Shown here piece after piece: positions 1 to 10,860 of a DNA stretch of 27,268 nucleotides (within the stretch, counting starts at the first letter, position 1; each line of letters begins with the position of its first letter). Source of the stretch: Rhodospirillales bacterium (GTDB lineage Bacteria > Pseudomonadota > Alphaproteobacteria > Bin95). A program made the position numbers and the translations under genes. Under the pieces are notes generated by a model that saw only the letters and a list, made by a program, of their open reading frames with translations, did not search any database and was not told the origin of the DNA. The stretch spans positions 1-27,268 of the forward strand of contig JAYQLI010000020.1 of the NCBI GenBank assembly GCA_038143065.1, given 5' to 3'.

Positions 1-641
1 TAACGTCGTAATCGAAATCAAACTCTGCGTATAAATCTGTCAAAATTTCGAAATCAACAGCATCATCAAGTGTTAGGCGATATTCTGAAAAATCATCACT
101 ATCCTCGAGACTAAAGTACCTTATGGTATCAAGATTTTCGTAACAATACGGGGTAACGTGCTCGAGTTGGTGCGGTTTTGAGCAATAGGAATTCATTTTT
201 TCCAAAAGTTCATATGTGAAACACTCTACGTCAATTCCTTCTTGCAAACGATTTGCTAATGATATTAGAACTAAAATCATATCTACTGGATAGCAGAGGC
301 TGAACACATTGATCTATTATTTGAGGGTCTTTGAACGGATCATCGCACGTGATCCGAACAATTAAGTCTGCATTAAATAGGTTGGCAGCTTTGAAAAATC
401 GGGAAAGAACATTTTCTTTGCTACCACGCATATATTTTATATGCATATTCTCCAATTGATTACAAAGCTGGTCATCTAAACGGCTGTCTGTGGTAGCAAA
501 CACAATATCGTCGACTGTCTTTGCTTTGGAAATGCGATCGTAGATAATTTTAAATACTGGCTTTACGCCAATTTTTCGCATTATTTTTCCAGGAAGACGA
601 CTAGAACCCATGCGTGCCTGAACTATAGCGACTGTATTCAT
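1..641 (-). CDS. SpsF-like cytidylyltransferase (nonulosonate CMP-transferase family); frameshifted near 235, 3' end runs off the window
   Basis: N-terminal AIVQARMGSSRLPGK, RGSKENVLSRF, IVRITCDDPFKDP; continuation in another frame contains LEHVTP and RLTLDDAVDFE. ATG at 641 overlaps the upstream TGA (ATGA). Confidence 0.85.
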
Positions 642-1488
642 CTCAACTTCCAATTCATTGGTATGCATAAATTCTCGTTAAAATTAATTTTTCGATAAGA
701 GTGGTCGTTAGCTGGGTTTGTGCTGCGGTTCAAAAACGAATGTATTTCATAAAGCTGTGAGATGGTCTCGACGCCAAGTGCACTTTAGAGAAATCCGAAA
801 CGGATTTTATAAATTCCAATATTGAACTGTAATAGAGATTTGAATGGTGATGCCGAAAAATCGGAAAAATACTTCTTTATCTCATTGAAATTTTGAAAGT
901 ATGGATGCAAAAAATCAAACTCGCACAATAATTTGCCCTGCAAAAAAATTGATCTGTAATTAATTTCAATATTATTGATACTGCAGAGCTCTAGAAAACT
1001 ATCTGACACAAATCGACGATCTAGATAATTCAATGGAGCCTCGCACAATTGCAATGTTTTCAAAAGATTTAGCGCTATATCAAGCTCATCTTCATTATAA
1101 ATAGAAATCCCCAATTTTATATTTCTCTCGCTTGTATATTTTTGCAAAAATCTATGGGCTCATTTTGTACCTCACGCAAAAATTGAGAGTCGTGCAACAG
1201 TATATAATTTGTTTTTTCTTCAAATTGTCTTTCTATATTACTCAGGCAATCAATGATTGCATCTAAACTTAATAGTTTTTTACTTTCTATTTTAGTTCCC
1301 ACATTAAAATTTAAATCATTCAGCCCTTGCAAAATATGTGTTGCATCCCCATAAGCATCTGCCGTATCCAGTTGATACCCACCAAGTTTAGTAAATTCCT
1401 GGACTAAATTATGTGCACCTTGCGTCTCGATTACTTGTTTCGACCCTTGATATACATTTCCAAAATTCGCAGTACCGAGTATGAACAT
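638..1488 (-). CDS. Aldo/keto reductase of polysaccharide loci (frameshifted)
   Basis: ILGTANFG, DTADAYG, ILLHD, KLGISIY, PLNYLDRR, RSIFLQG motifs across ORFs 1117-1488 and 785-1147; C-terminus ...IPMNWKLR* ends at 638. Confidence 0.85.
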
Positions 1489-1641
1489 CAGATTTGTCAG
1501 GGCTCATGTTTGATCGCTTCAGAACAAGACTGAAGTTCTAAAATTTCCAGCGAACCAATGTTACCGACGCTATTATAGCGAATGTTAGATACGGGATAAG
1601 CGTTGCTGAAGGTAGCAAATTCACGAATAAACATTTAAATC

Positions 1642-2638
1642 TTAAGAAAAACTTGATTTGTTCGCATTAACCCACGAACGTAAATATTCGACGCTCATCC
1701 ATTCATCATTAGTTATCGGATGAGTACACAAAATCATTAGCGACTTTTTGAACCGCCTTTTATGTGATCAACATCCTCAGACCAATCGTTAATAGCTGGT
1801 AGGATTTTGAAGTACTCAGGGTACTTAAATGTAAAGGGCGCGTCCTCTGAACCAATCATTTGTTCATGCAATTTCTCGCCAGGGCGAATGCCAATTATAT
1901 CTACCTCAACGTCTTCCCAATAGCTTTAGCAATATCAACAATATTCATTGACGGAAATCGCTTGACATAGATTTCACCTCCCAAAGAGTCGTCAAATGCA
2001 GTGAAAATTAGATCAACTCCCTGGTCTAATGTGATCATGAAACGGGTCATTCGCTGGATCCGTGATCGTGAATTTTCCAGATTCCATCTGCTGCAAGAAA
2101 AGAGGGAATCACCGAACCCCTAGAACCCAGAACATTCCCATATCTTACAACAGAAAAACTGTTCCTCCGCCCCCAGAATAGGCGTTCGCTGCCACAAAAA
2201 GTTTGTCTGATGCTAACTTTGTTGCGCCGTATAGATTGGATTGGGCTTGAAGCCTTATCAGTCGACAAAGCCACAACTTTTTCAACATTATTGTCAATGC
2301 TGGCGTCAATAACATTCATAGCACCGTGGATATTGGTTTTAATACATTCGAACGGGTTTGTATTCAGCCGTTGGAACAATCTTGTAGCAGCCGCATGAAT
2401 TACCAAATTCCATTCTGTTTAAAGCTCGACAAAGACGATCCTTGTCTTTACGTCACCAATAAAAAATCGTACTCGAGAGTCACAATGGTATTTCTTCTGC
2501 ATTTCCCACTGTTTCATTTCATCTCGAGAGTAAATTATAACTTTCTTTCGGAGAATGTTCATTTAGTATTCGTAGCAGAATAGTTTGACCAAGAGACCCT
2601 GTTCCTCCCGTTATTAATATAGTCGCATTACTTTTCAT
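1642..2638 (-). CDS. pseB: UDP-N-acetylglucosamine 4,6-dehydratase (inverting), PseB/FlaA1 family (frameshifted)
   Basis: MKSNATILITGGTGS, IIYSRDEMKQ, VIHAAA, NPFECIKTNIHGA, VVALSTDKA, VVRYGNVLGSRGSVIP, TRFMITL, GIRPGEKLHEQMI. Confidence 0.9.
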
Positions 2639-2841
2639 TTCACAATTCTTGCCATTTGCTGGTCACCCACCTACTAGCAGGCAACATATTGATATTAATA
2701 TTTAAATTCATTTTATTTTCCTTTGAAACTAGGAAGCCGATAGTTGATGCCACTAAGCTTTCCGCTCTGAAATGGGTGTGTTTGATTGAACCTATCATTT
2801 GAAAATCAGCATTAACCCGGGATAAGCAACGCGAGCCGAGG

Positions 2842-3967
2842 TCAAGACAGTAGCAACTTTATTTTCTCGCAAATTTTGTCAACATCCTTGAGATAAGGAT
2901 GCATCGGCAAACTCAGTACTTTTTGCAGATAAAGCTTCTGAAACTGCAACACCCGATGAGACAACCGGAAAAGAAGAATAACCAGCCTGTTGAGTAAGAG
3001 CCTTTGGATAGTAGACCACGGAGGGAACACCCCCTGCACTTAATTTGGCTTGCAAACCCGAACGATCTTCAACGATCATTGTATATTGCGCCCAAGAACT
3101 TGTAAGTCCGTCCGCCACTCTTGGCGTTTTGAATTTATTGCCCAGGTGATGCTCAAGTAGGCTTCTGCAACCTTATCGCGCAACAGCAGCTCTTCAGGAA
3201 ATATTCTAAGCTTCTCGATTAGAATAGCCGCTTGGACCGTATCCAGTCGCGAGTTAACGCCAATGCGTATATTGTCATATTTTCGCTCCTTGCCATGCAG
3301 ACGAATTGAATTCACTGTTTCCGCCAGCGTATTATCATTAGTAAATACCGCCCCACCATCTCCATAACAGCCAAGCGGTTTGGCAGGGAAAAACTCGTCG
3401 TAGTCGCATCACCCATCGCACCAACGCGGCGACCATAGCTCGACGCGCCAAAACTTGCGCGCCGTCAACAAGAACCTTTATGCCTGCCGGCCAAGCAACC
3501 TCGGTTATAGCGTCGATATCGGCGGGCTGGCCGAACAAATCGACGGGAATAACCACAGCCGGCCTTAATCCCTGCTCTTTTGCATCATAAACTGCTTGCC
3601 TAAAGCTGGCGGAATCAATGTTGAAGCTATCTTTCTGCTACATCGACAAAAAAGGCGTTGCTCCAAGTTGCGCTGGCGACTCAGCTGTCGCAACATAAGT
3701 GAAGCTTGAAACAAAAACCGCATCACCTGGACCAATGCCCCACGCCATCAACACCAAAGTTAGAGCATCAGTGCCGTTAGCGCAGGTAAGTGCATGACTA
3801 GCTCCTGTGAAAGCCCGCAAGTCGCTCTCAAACTGCTTGACCTCTGGGCCCATAATATATTGGCCGTGGTCAAGAACGGCCCCAATAGCGGCATCAATCT
3901 TGTCACGAATTTGAGCCTGCTGAGCCGCCAGGTCAATGAATTGTATCGATGCAGAAGACTCACTCAT
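2842..3967 (-). CDS. DegT/DnrJ/EryC1/StrS PLP-dependent sugar aminotransferase, WbpE-like (frameshifted)
   Basis: QFIDLAAQQ, YIMGPEV, CANGTDAL, VDLFGQPAD, KPLGCYGDGGAVFT (direct translation of about 3340-3382), NSRLDTVQAAIL, SSWAQYT, LSLPMHPYL. Confidence 0.9.
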
Positions 3968-4549
3968 TCTCAATTTTCTCAATAACGTTGTCCGATATTA
4001 GCCGATATCGCGCTCCGTCAATCGGGCAAATCAAATCTTCGTCTAAGACCACCCGCCTCGCTCATCCATCCTACACGCCGTGCCGGTGTGCCAGCCACCA
4101 ACGCGTGAGGGGCCACTTCTTTTGTTACTGTTGCGCCGGCCGCTATGAAACAGTATTCACCCAAATCATGACCGCATACGATGGTAGCATCGCCCCGATG
4201 GACGCCCCGCGCCTAACCAATGTTTTACGATATTCGTCTTTGCGTATTATTTCCGAACGTGGGTTGTGTACATTGGTGAAAACGCAAGATGGACCGCAAA
4301 AACACCATCTTCTAGCGTTACCCCATCATAGACGCTCACATTATTCTGTATTTTAACATTATTGCCGATGGAAACATTAGGCCCAATCATAACATTCTGC
4401 CCCAAAGAACAATTTTTACCAATTGCGTATTACCTAGTATATGGCTGAAATGCCATATTTTCGTACCTGGTCCAATTTCAACGCCCGCATCGATATAAAG
4501 ACGTCTCATGCACAAAAACGTCATTAAACCGTTTAGAATAATCAGGCAT
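3960..4549 (-). CDS. Hexapeptide-repeat sugar N-acetyltransferase, WbpD-like (frameshifted; missing from the ORF track)
   Basis: Manual minus-strand translation: [70 protein letters not shown]-terminal ICPIDGARY; overlaps both neighbours. Confidence 0.9.
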
Positions 4550-5512
4550 TAATTGCTTCTCCGCTTTCGATAGACGCGCTGGCCGCCGACAGAACCTGCA
4601 AGACACGACGCCCTTCAAATCCGTCTGTCAGCGGCATCACTCGCCCAGCCATCAGATCCAAAAATATTTGCATTCGACCTTCAAAGGTTCACTTTCTGCA
4701 ACAGCGATATAAGCAACCTCTGCTTTTTCTGGCATTGGTGGTTTTTGACTCACATTGATATTGTGTCGATATAAAGCCAGTTTTTGCCCCCAAGTCTGCA
4801 TATCATCAAATACGGCCATCGCGGAAGAGCCTATAACCACCAGTTTTTGCTCTTTTGTAAGGGTGCATCCATGAACAGTAAACATGGCCATTCAAACCAC
4901 CTTCAAAACCAATATGAAGACTAGCTGTGTCACTAATACCCGCCTGCAGACTAGACGATGCCTCGCAGCGGACAGATTTTACATTTTGTCCGGTAAGAGA
5001 CAGAATCATCGAAATATCATGAGGCGCGAAACTCCAAATCACATCCTCTTCGGCCCTTACTTTGCCCAGCGATAGCCGGTTGGAATAAACATATTGAAGC
5101 TGGCCCAGTTCGCCCTGCCTTACCATTTCTTGCAAACGGACAAACACCGGATGATATTGCATCAAATGCCCAACCATGAGATGGCGACCAGTTTTTTGTC
5201 CCATTGCAATCATCTTATCAGCCTCGTTCAGCGTGATGGCTAATGGCTTTTCAACAAAAACATGCTTGCCAGATGCAAATGCTCTTATGGCCAAATCCGA
5301 GGAAGAGGCAGGCGCAGCAATAACCACGCCGTCGCACTCACTGGCAAGAACGGTATCATAATCAAATGATGGAACGTCGTATTGCAAACTCATTTCAGCT
5401 GCTAAAGCCTCACTCGTGTCGCTGACAGCGAACAAGGCACCAAGTTCTGAAAAACTCGCACAAGATTTTTGCCCCAATGCCCGCATCCGATTACGGCAAC
5501 TTTCATCATCAT
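4542..5512 (-). CDS. Gfo/Idh/MocA oxidoreductase, WbpB/WlbA-like (frameshifted)
   Basis: MMMKVAVIGCGHWGKNLVR, GKHVFVEKPLA, LMVGHLMQYHP, YSNRLSLG, WSFAPHDIS, EPLKVEC, PLTDGFEG. Confidence 0.88.
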
Positions 5513-6825
5513 GCTTTCACCACGATAGCTTGACCGGAGACTCCTCTCATTGCATTTCGCGTGTCAATAATGAGCTTGGCATTATCCGCCAGCATTTGAT
5601 AATCGACATTATCATGGTTTGTACTGATCAAAACTGCGTCAAACTTCGAAATTGCTTCAGGCGTCAAATCAAGGCTCTCTCGCCCGGCTAGTTCAAATGT
5701 TTCTCGCGTATGCGGGATAATCTGAACAAAGGGGTCATGGAAAGCCACGGCGGCACCCTCATTTTCTAGTAATTCCATTAGAACCAGAGACGGGCTCTCG
5801 CGCATATCATCAACATTCTTTTTTATAGGCCATCCCAACAATGAGAACGGCCGAACCATTTAGTGCTTTTTGCAATCTAAGGCTCAGGGCTTGGCCGGCC
5901 TTAGCAACTACCAATTGTGGCATTTTGGCATTAATTTCTCCGGCCAATTCGATAAAAAACGTCGGAACATCATATTCGCGTGCCTTGTAGCTCAAATAAA
6001 ACGGATCAATCGGAATGCAATGCCCCCTCAAACCGGGGCCTGGATAAAACGGCATAAAGCCGAAAGGTTTGGTCGCAGCTCCGTCAATAACTTCCCACAC
6101 ATCAATGTCCATGGCGTCGTAAATGACCTTTAATTCATTCACCAGGGCAATATTAACCGACCGAAAAATATTCTCCGTCAGTTTGATGGCCTCGGCTGTT
6201 CTCGAAGACGCTACTGGTACAACCTGAGAGATGACCCCTTTGTAAACAGCAGCTACCATTTCTCGCGCTTGCGGTGTGTCGGCACCAACAATTTTCGGAA
6301 TGGTCGAGGTCGAAAATGTTTCATTGCCTGATCCTCCCGTTCAGGCGAATAAGCGAGATAGAAATCCTCATCTTTTTTCAGGCCTGACTCCTCCAGCACG
6401 CCGGCCAATTCCGTGTCTGTAGTGCCCGGATAGGTGCTTGATTCCAAAATTACTAACTGGCCTTTTTGCAGGTGCGGCATAATCGTCCGACCGGTATTGA
6501 GAACTGGCGCCAAATCGGGTTCGCGGTGCTTAGATAAGGGCGTCGGCACACAAATAATGATGACATCGACATTGGCAATTTTGGTAAAATCGCTGGTAAT
6601 ATCAAATAAACCGTCCGCGCGCATTTTTTGAATAACATCATCACCGATATGTTTGATGTAGGAACGTCCGGCTTTAATCGCATCGATTTTAGTTTGGTCA
6701 ATGTCAAAACCGACAGTATTGATGTTTTGCTGACAAAAAGCCTGCGCCAAAGGCAACCCGACATACCCAAGACCTACAATACCAACGACAGCCTGCTTGG
6801 ACTTTATTTTTTCTAATCTACTCAC
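5509..6825 (-). CDS. wbpA: UDP-N-acetyl-D-glucosamine 6-dehydrogenase (nucleotide-sugar dehydrogenase), WbpA-like (frameshifted)
   Basis: GLGYVGLPLA, ICVPTPL, LESSTYPGTT, YSPERED, KLTENIFRSVNIALVNE, PFYPGPGLxGHCIPIDP, AYKKNVDDMRESP. Confidence 0.88.
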
Positions 6826-6842
6826 CCCCCATCCTTTCCCAA

Positions 6843-8263
6843 TTAACGCCCATAAACATCATCCAGCCTGACGATATCATCTTCGCCCAGATAATCGCCG
6901 ACCTGCACTTCTATCAACACAAGTTCGTCGTCGCTAATATTTGTAAGCCGGTGTTTCTCCCCCAGTGGAATAAACGATATTGTCCCGGCCCAGTTTCAAA
7001 CTCTTTATCGCCGACTTGCACGGTGGCTTTCCCACTGGTCACCACCCAATGCTCAGCACGTTTGTGGTGATATTGCAGGCTCAATTTTTGCCCTGGCGCG
7101 ACAGTAATGCGTTTAACTTGGTAGCCTTTTTCCTTTATGAGCGTAGTATAAGTTCTCAAGGCCTTTGTACTGTGGCAGGGAGCTCTGTAAATTCGGAATT
7201 TTCACTTTACTTAATGCTTCGACCACCAGCTTCACATTCTGCGATTTAGTGCGATCCGCGACGAGTAGCGCGTCGGGAGTATCAATAACTACCAAATTTT
7301 CAATACCAATAGCGGCAATTGCCTTTTTGGTGAGATGGGGAGCTTTCCACATGTGTGTTTTGCGTCTCAATAAAATACATTGCCTCCGCGCCAACCACGC
7401 TATTGCCATCGGCATCGGCGTCACGTGCATCTGCCACAGCGTCCCAACTGCCTACATCCGACCACCCAAAGCCAGCAGGAACCATGACCACTTTTTCAGC
7501 CTTTTCCATTACCGCATAGTCGACGGAAATATCCGGCTGGTTTCTAAAGCTTGCTTCGGCAAAGCGCGTCACACCCGCCTTTTCAGCTGCCTCCGCAAAA
7601 GCGATTTCAGACAACGACCACACATCGCCCGCATGGAAGCCATGTTTTCGGCCATTACACTTGCCGTGAAACAGAACATGCCACTGTTCCAAAAATAGCG
7701 ACCTTCAGAAAGATATTTTTCGGCTCTCTCGCGGTCGGGCTTTTCAACAAAGGCCTGCACAGGTTGCGGAGCGTCTCCCATCGCGACCGCCTCCAAATAG
7801 CCATAGCCCGTCTCGGGCCCAGTTGGACGAATGCCGAAGACGACGAGATTTCCAGCTTCGGCTTGCTCTACTGCCTGCGCAATGTCCTTTTCAAAAGCCT
7901 CATCACCAGAAATCAAATGGTCCGCCGCCAAGACCAAGCAAACAGCTTCGTCACAATGCGCCTTTTGGATATGCCGAACAGCAAGCGCGATAGCAGGTGC
8001 GGTGTTACGGCCCTCAGGTTCAAGCAAATAAGAGACCTTTAGGGCGTTAGGCGTTTGTTTGAGCAAATTCTCTGTGAGAAAGTAATGGTTCTGATTGGTC
8101 ACAATTAGGGCTTCGTCTGAGATGAGGGCCGCGCGCTCCAACGCATGCGCGAGGAGCGTTTTGGACGCCACCTTCATGAAAGGCTTGGGGTGCATGCGCC
8201 GTGAAACGGCCACAATCGCGCACCAGCGCCGCCCGACAGGATAATCGGAATAACTTTATTCAT
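6843..8263 (-). CDS. manC: Mannose-1-phosphate guanylyltransferase / mannose-6-phosphate isomerase (frameshifted)
   Basis: [65 protein letters not shown], cupin [31 protein letters not shown]. Confidence 0.93.
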
Positions 8264-8360
8264 GGTAATAGTTCTTGCCCAACTCGCCCATTGTAAACAT
8301 CTTTTCACTCATAGTCTTATAGACTGTCTTCTGAGTTCCTTGTTAATTTTGAAGGAGGGT

Positions 8361-8372
8361 CAAGCTGCCGCG
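8361..8372 (-). promoter_or_regulatory. ops-like pause element in the manC leader
   Basis: Minus strand reads CGCGGCAGCTTG versus enterobacterial ops GGCGGTAGnnTG (2 mismatches); lies between the RfaH-like gene and manC. Confidence 0.45.
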
Positions 8373-8483
8373 CTCCTCAGTGAATGACGCAATAATGCAA
8401 TAACGCAATGTGCACCCCTTGGATCACGGTTTGCGAACTTTAGATAGTGTCAATGTTTGATAATCTCCAAAACCAATAAAGCC

Positions 8484-8994
8484 CTAAGCACGCTCCACAT
8501 CCCCCCGTGGGTAAACATCTAAGTGTGTTTTCTGCCCCATGAAATCGAAAAGAATACGCAAACGGTCCGCGGCCACGAAGGTTTCTAACTCACCCACGAA
8601 TTCAGCAAATGACCCCGAAACCATTTTTACAGCCTCGCCAGCTTTAAGATCATCCAGCGGACGCAAAACCGCCTGCTCATCACAGCGTTTCATAAGCGCA
8701 ATCATCAAACCATTCGGAACAGCGGCTGGCTTTTCAGCGCGAAAAGACAAGACGCGCAACACCCAAGGTCGAGTTAATTTTGCGCTAATCACTGTTTTGC
8801 GAGCCGAACCTCACAAAAATATAACCTGGAAAATTGGCCGCAAAACCTCCTTGAGTTGACGTGCATGGCGGATTGTTTTCCGGCGCATAGGCATAAAAAG
8901 TATCAAAATTTTGACGATTTAGGTTGGTAATAGCACGCCTGAAACCATTGGGTTTGAGTTGGGCAACATACCAATCATCATTTTTATCAATCAT
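8484..8994 (-). CDS. NusG/RfaH-family transcription antiterminator (frameshifted)
   Basis: WYVAQLKPN, NLNRQNF, FPGYIFVRF (NGN domain); GEAVKMVSGSFAEFVG...RLRILFDFMGQ (KOW domain); located in a polysaccharide locus. Confidence 0.88.
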
Positions 8995-9396
8995 CACTTC
9001 GTGCGTTCTTTCATCAATTGAGCTTGGAGGTGATTTATTTCTTGCTCTAAAAGACGATACTCAGTTTGCTTACGCCTCAAAAACGAGGCCGTGAGCTTCG
9101 ATTTTTTCCCTAATTCCTCTTGGGGTCAAGAGGTAGGCATAACCAATTTTTTTTGAACTTTTCCGGAAGTTCTCGGCTTTTACCAAACCTCGACCAATGC
9201 CTTGAGGCAATAATTAACACTTCCCAGACTAACGCCAACCTCCGAGGCCAAGCTGCGCTGCGAGACATTGGGCTCGACCTCCAAATGCGAGAGTATTTCA
9301 AGCTCGATTTCCAGCTTTGATTTCGGCTTAAACTCAGTTTCTGAGGGTGTATCTGGGTGGGTGTTCAGTCCACTTCCGGGATTAGTTTTCTTTCAT
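8994..9396 (-). CDS. MarR-family EPS-associated winged-helix regulator (frameshifted)
   Basis: Manual translation: ILSHLEVEPNVSQRSLASEVGVSLGSVNYCLKALVE...AENFRKSSKKIGYAYLLTPRGIREKSKLTASFLRRKQTEYRLLEQEI; stop overlaps the start of the NusG paralogue. Confidence 0.88.
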
Positions 9397-9479
9397 CTGC
9401 CCTTTAGATAAATCTCTCAATAACTTTCAAAAAGAATTTTTCTACGCTACCGCACATCAGGGTGACAGCCCCAATGGTG

Positions 9480-9496
9480 TGTTCATAGTGTGAACA
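9480..9496. promoter_or_regulatory. Palindromic operator candidate TGTTCA-N5-TGAACA
   Basis: Perfect 6-5-6 inverted repeat 84 bp upstream of the MarR-like start, in the divergent marR/wzz intergenic region. Confidence 0.55.
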
Positions 9497-9530
9497 TAAA
9501 AGCTAGCCGCAAGTTAGAAGCGATGCAATT

Positions 9531-9550
9531 GAAATTTTGCGAAATTTTGC
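9531..9550. repeat. Tandem 10-bp duplication (GAAATTTTGC)x2
   Basis: Directly visible in the divergent promoter region. Confidence 0.8.
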
Positions 9551-9750
9551 ACTTAAAAAACTTTAAATATGATATTTTTTAAATTCAAGCGGCATGAGGA
9601 GTTCATTCATGGAAGTTTACTTATTAATTTTTGCCTATGTTTCGATCGTTCTATTTGCAATCTAATAATTTTAAGAACGCGAGTTTTGAAAATTAGCTTT
9701 CATTTTAGTGGTTCACTAGCTATTAACAAAAAAAGTTAAGGAGAGGGCAT

Positions 9751-10851
9751 ATGAGTGAACTACCCAATGACGAAATTGATCTCGTCAAATTGCTTCAGGT
9801 TATCTGGGACGGGAAATGGCTGATTGCCGGGTTCAGCGCATTGATTATTTTACCTACTTTCGCCTTCCTGGCATTTATTTATGAGCCGGGCAAAAGCGAG
9901 CATAAACCTTCTACCCTTAGCGAAACTCAAATGAATCTTTATAGTGGGATTAACTCGGCCTTGCCTATCCCGATGACTTCGGCAGCCTTTCAAGACACAT
10001 TTTTTTCGAGAGTTTTTTACTGGCGAAATACCCGGAAAAATTATTTCAGAAAATGACCGACGGATTCAGAGTTTGAAGGCACGGAAATCAAAAAACGCCG
10101 CGATAGCTGACATTGTTGGTACGCGAGATTATTAAGATATCAGAAACAGCTGTTTTAACGCCAACTGTGATGTCCTTTGAAGCCGGTGACGCGCCCGAAG
10201 CGCAAAAAATTTTAAAAGCGGTTGTTCAAGCCCTAAATAATAAAACTATTTTGTCGGCAAGAAAAATATAGAGAGCGTTCAATCAACACAAAACGAAAAT
10301 TAGATTTCGAAATCCTGAAAACCGAAATAGCTATTGAAAACATCCTCGATGATTATGAAACACGCACTTCAGCCCGCAAGGCATATCTGGCCGAACAACT
10401 TGCTATCGCAGAGACAATAAACATTGTAGAAAATGGATTTTCGGATCTCTTGAGCAAGGGCAGCATCACAGGAATTTCTGGTCAAGATAGTCTGCCATTT
10501 TACATGCGCGGGTCGAAGGCAATTGCTAGAGAACTGTCGCTTCTGAAGGCAAGACGAAACTCAAGAGAGCACTCTAAAACATATCGACATTTACCCTGAG
10601 TTAAAAGCTAAATTACTGGCTCTAAAACAGACCCATCAATCGGGAATCTTGAAACGAGTTTGCCAATTCCCCCTTTCGCAAATGATAACCAAAGAATTAT
10701 GAATTATAATTTGAATTCAATCACAGTAGTATCGACACAGAGTAAGCTCTTAATTCTCATACTTGTTTCCATTCTGGCCGGTATCCTTGCTACGGTTTTC
10801 GTTATGGTGAGACATTTCATGTCAAATCAAAATACCCAAACTGCTCATTAA
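9751..10851 (+). CDS. wzz: Wzz/FepE polysaccharide chain-length determinant (frameshifted)
   Basis: GGAGAGG RBS; DEIDLVKLLQVIWDGKWLI plus TM1; YLAEQLAIA, LPFYMRGSKAI; C-terminal TM LILILVSILAGILATVFVMVR. Confidence 0.88.
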
Positions 10852-10860
10852 GCATCTTTT

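Noticed and set aside
3949-4356. Plus-strand 135-aa ORF, and other antisense ORFs such as 7165-7698, 15511-15984 and 17052-17531
   Set aside because: These are shadows opposite well-supported genes and have no recognisable motifs.
8484-8994. Housekeeping nusG
   Set aside because: There is no secE/rplK context, and both sequence and location fit a specialised polysaccharide-operon paralogue.
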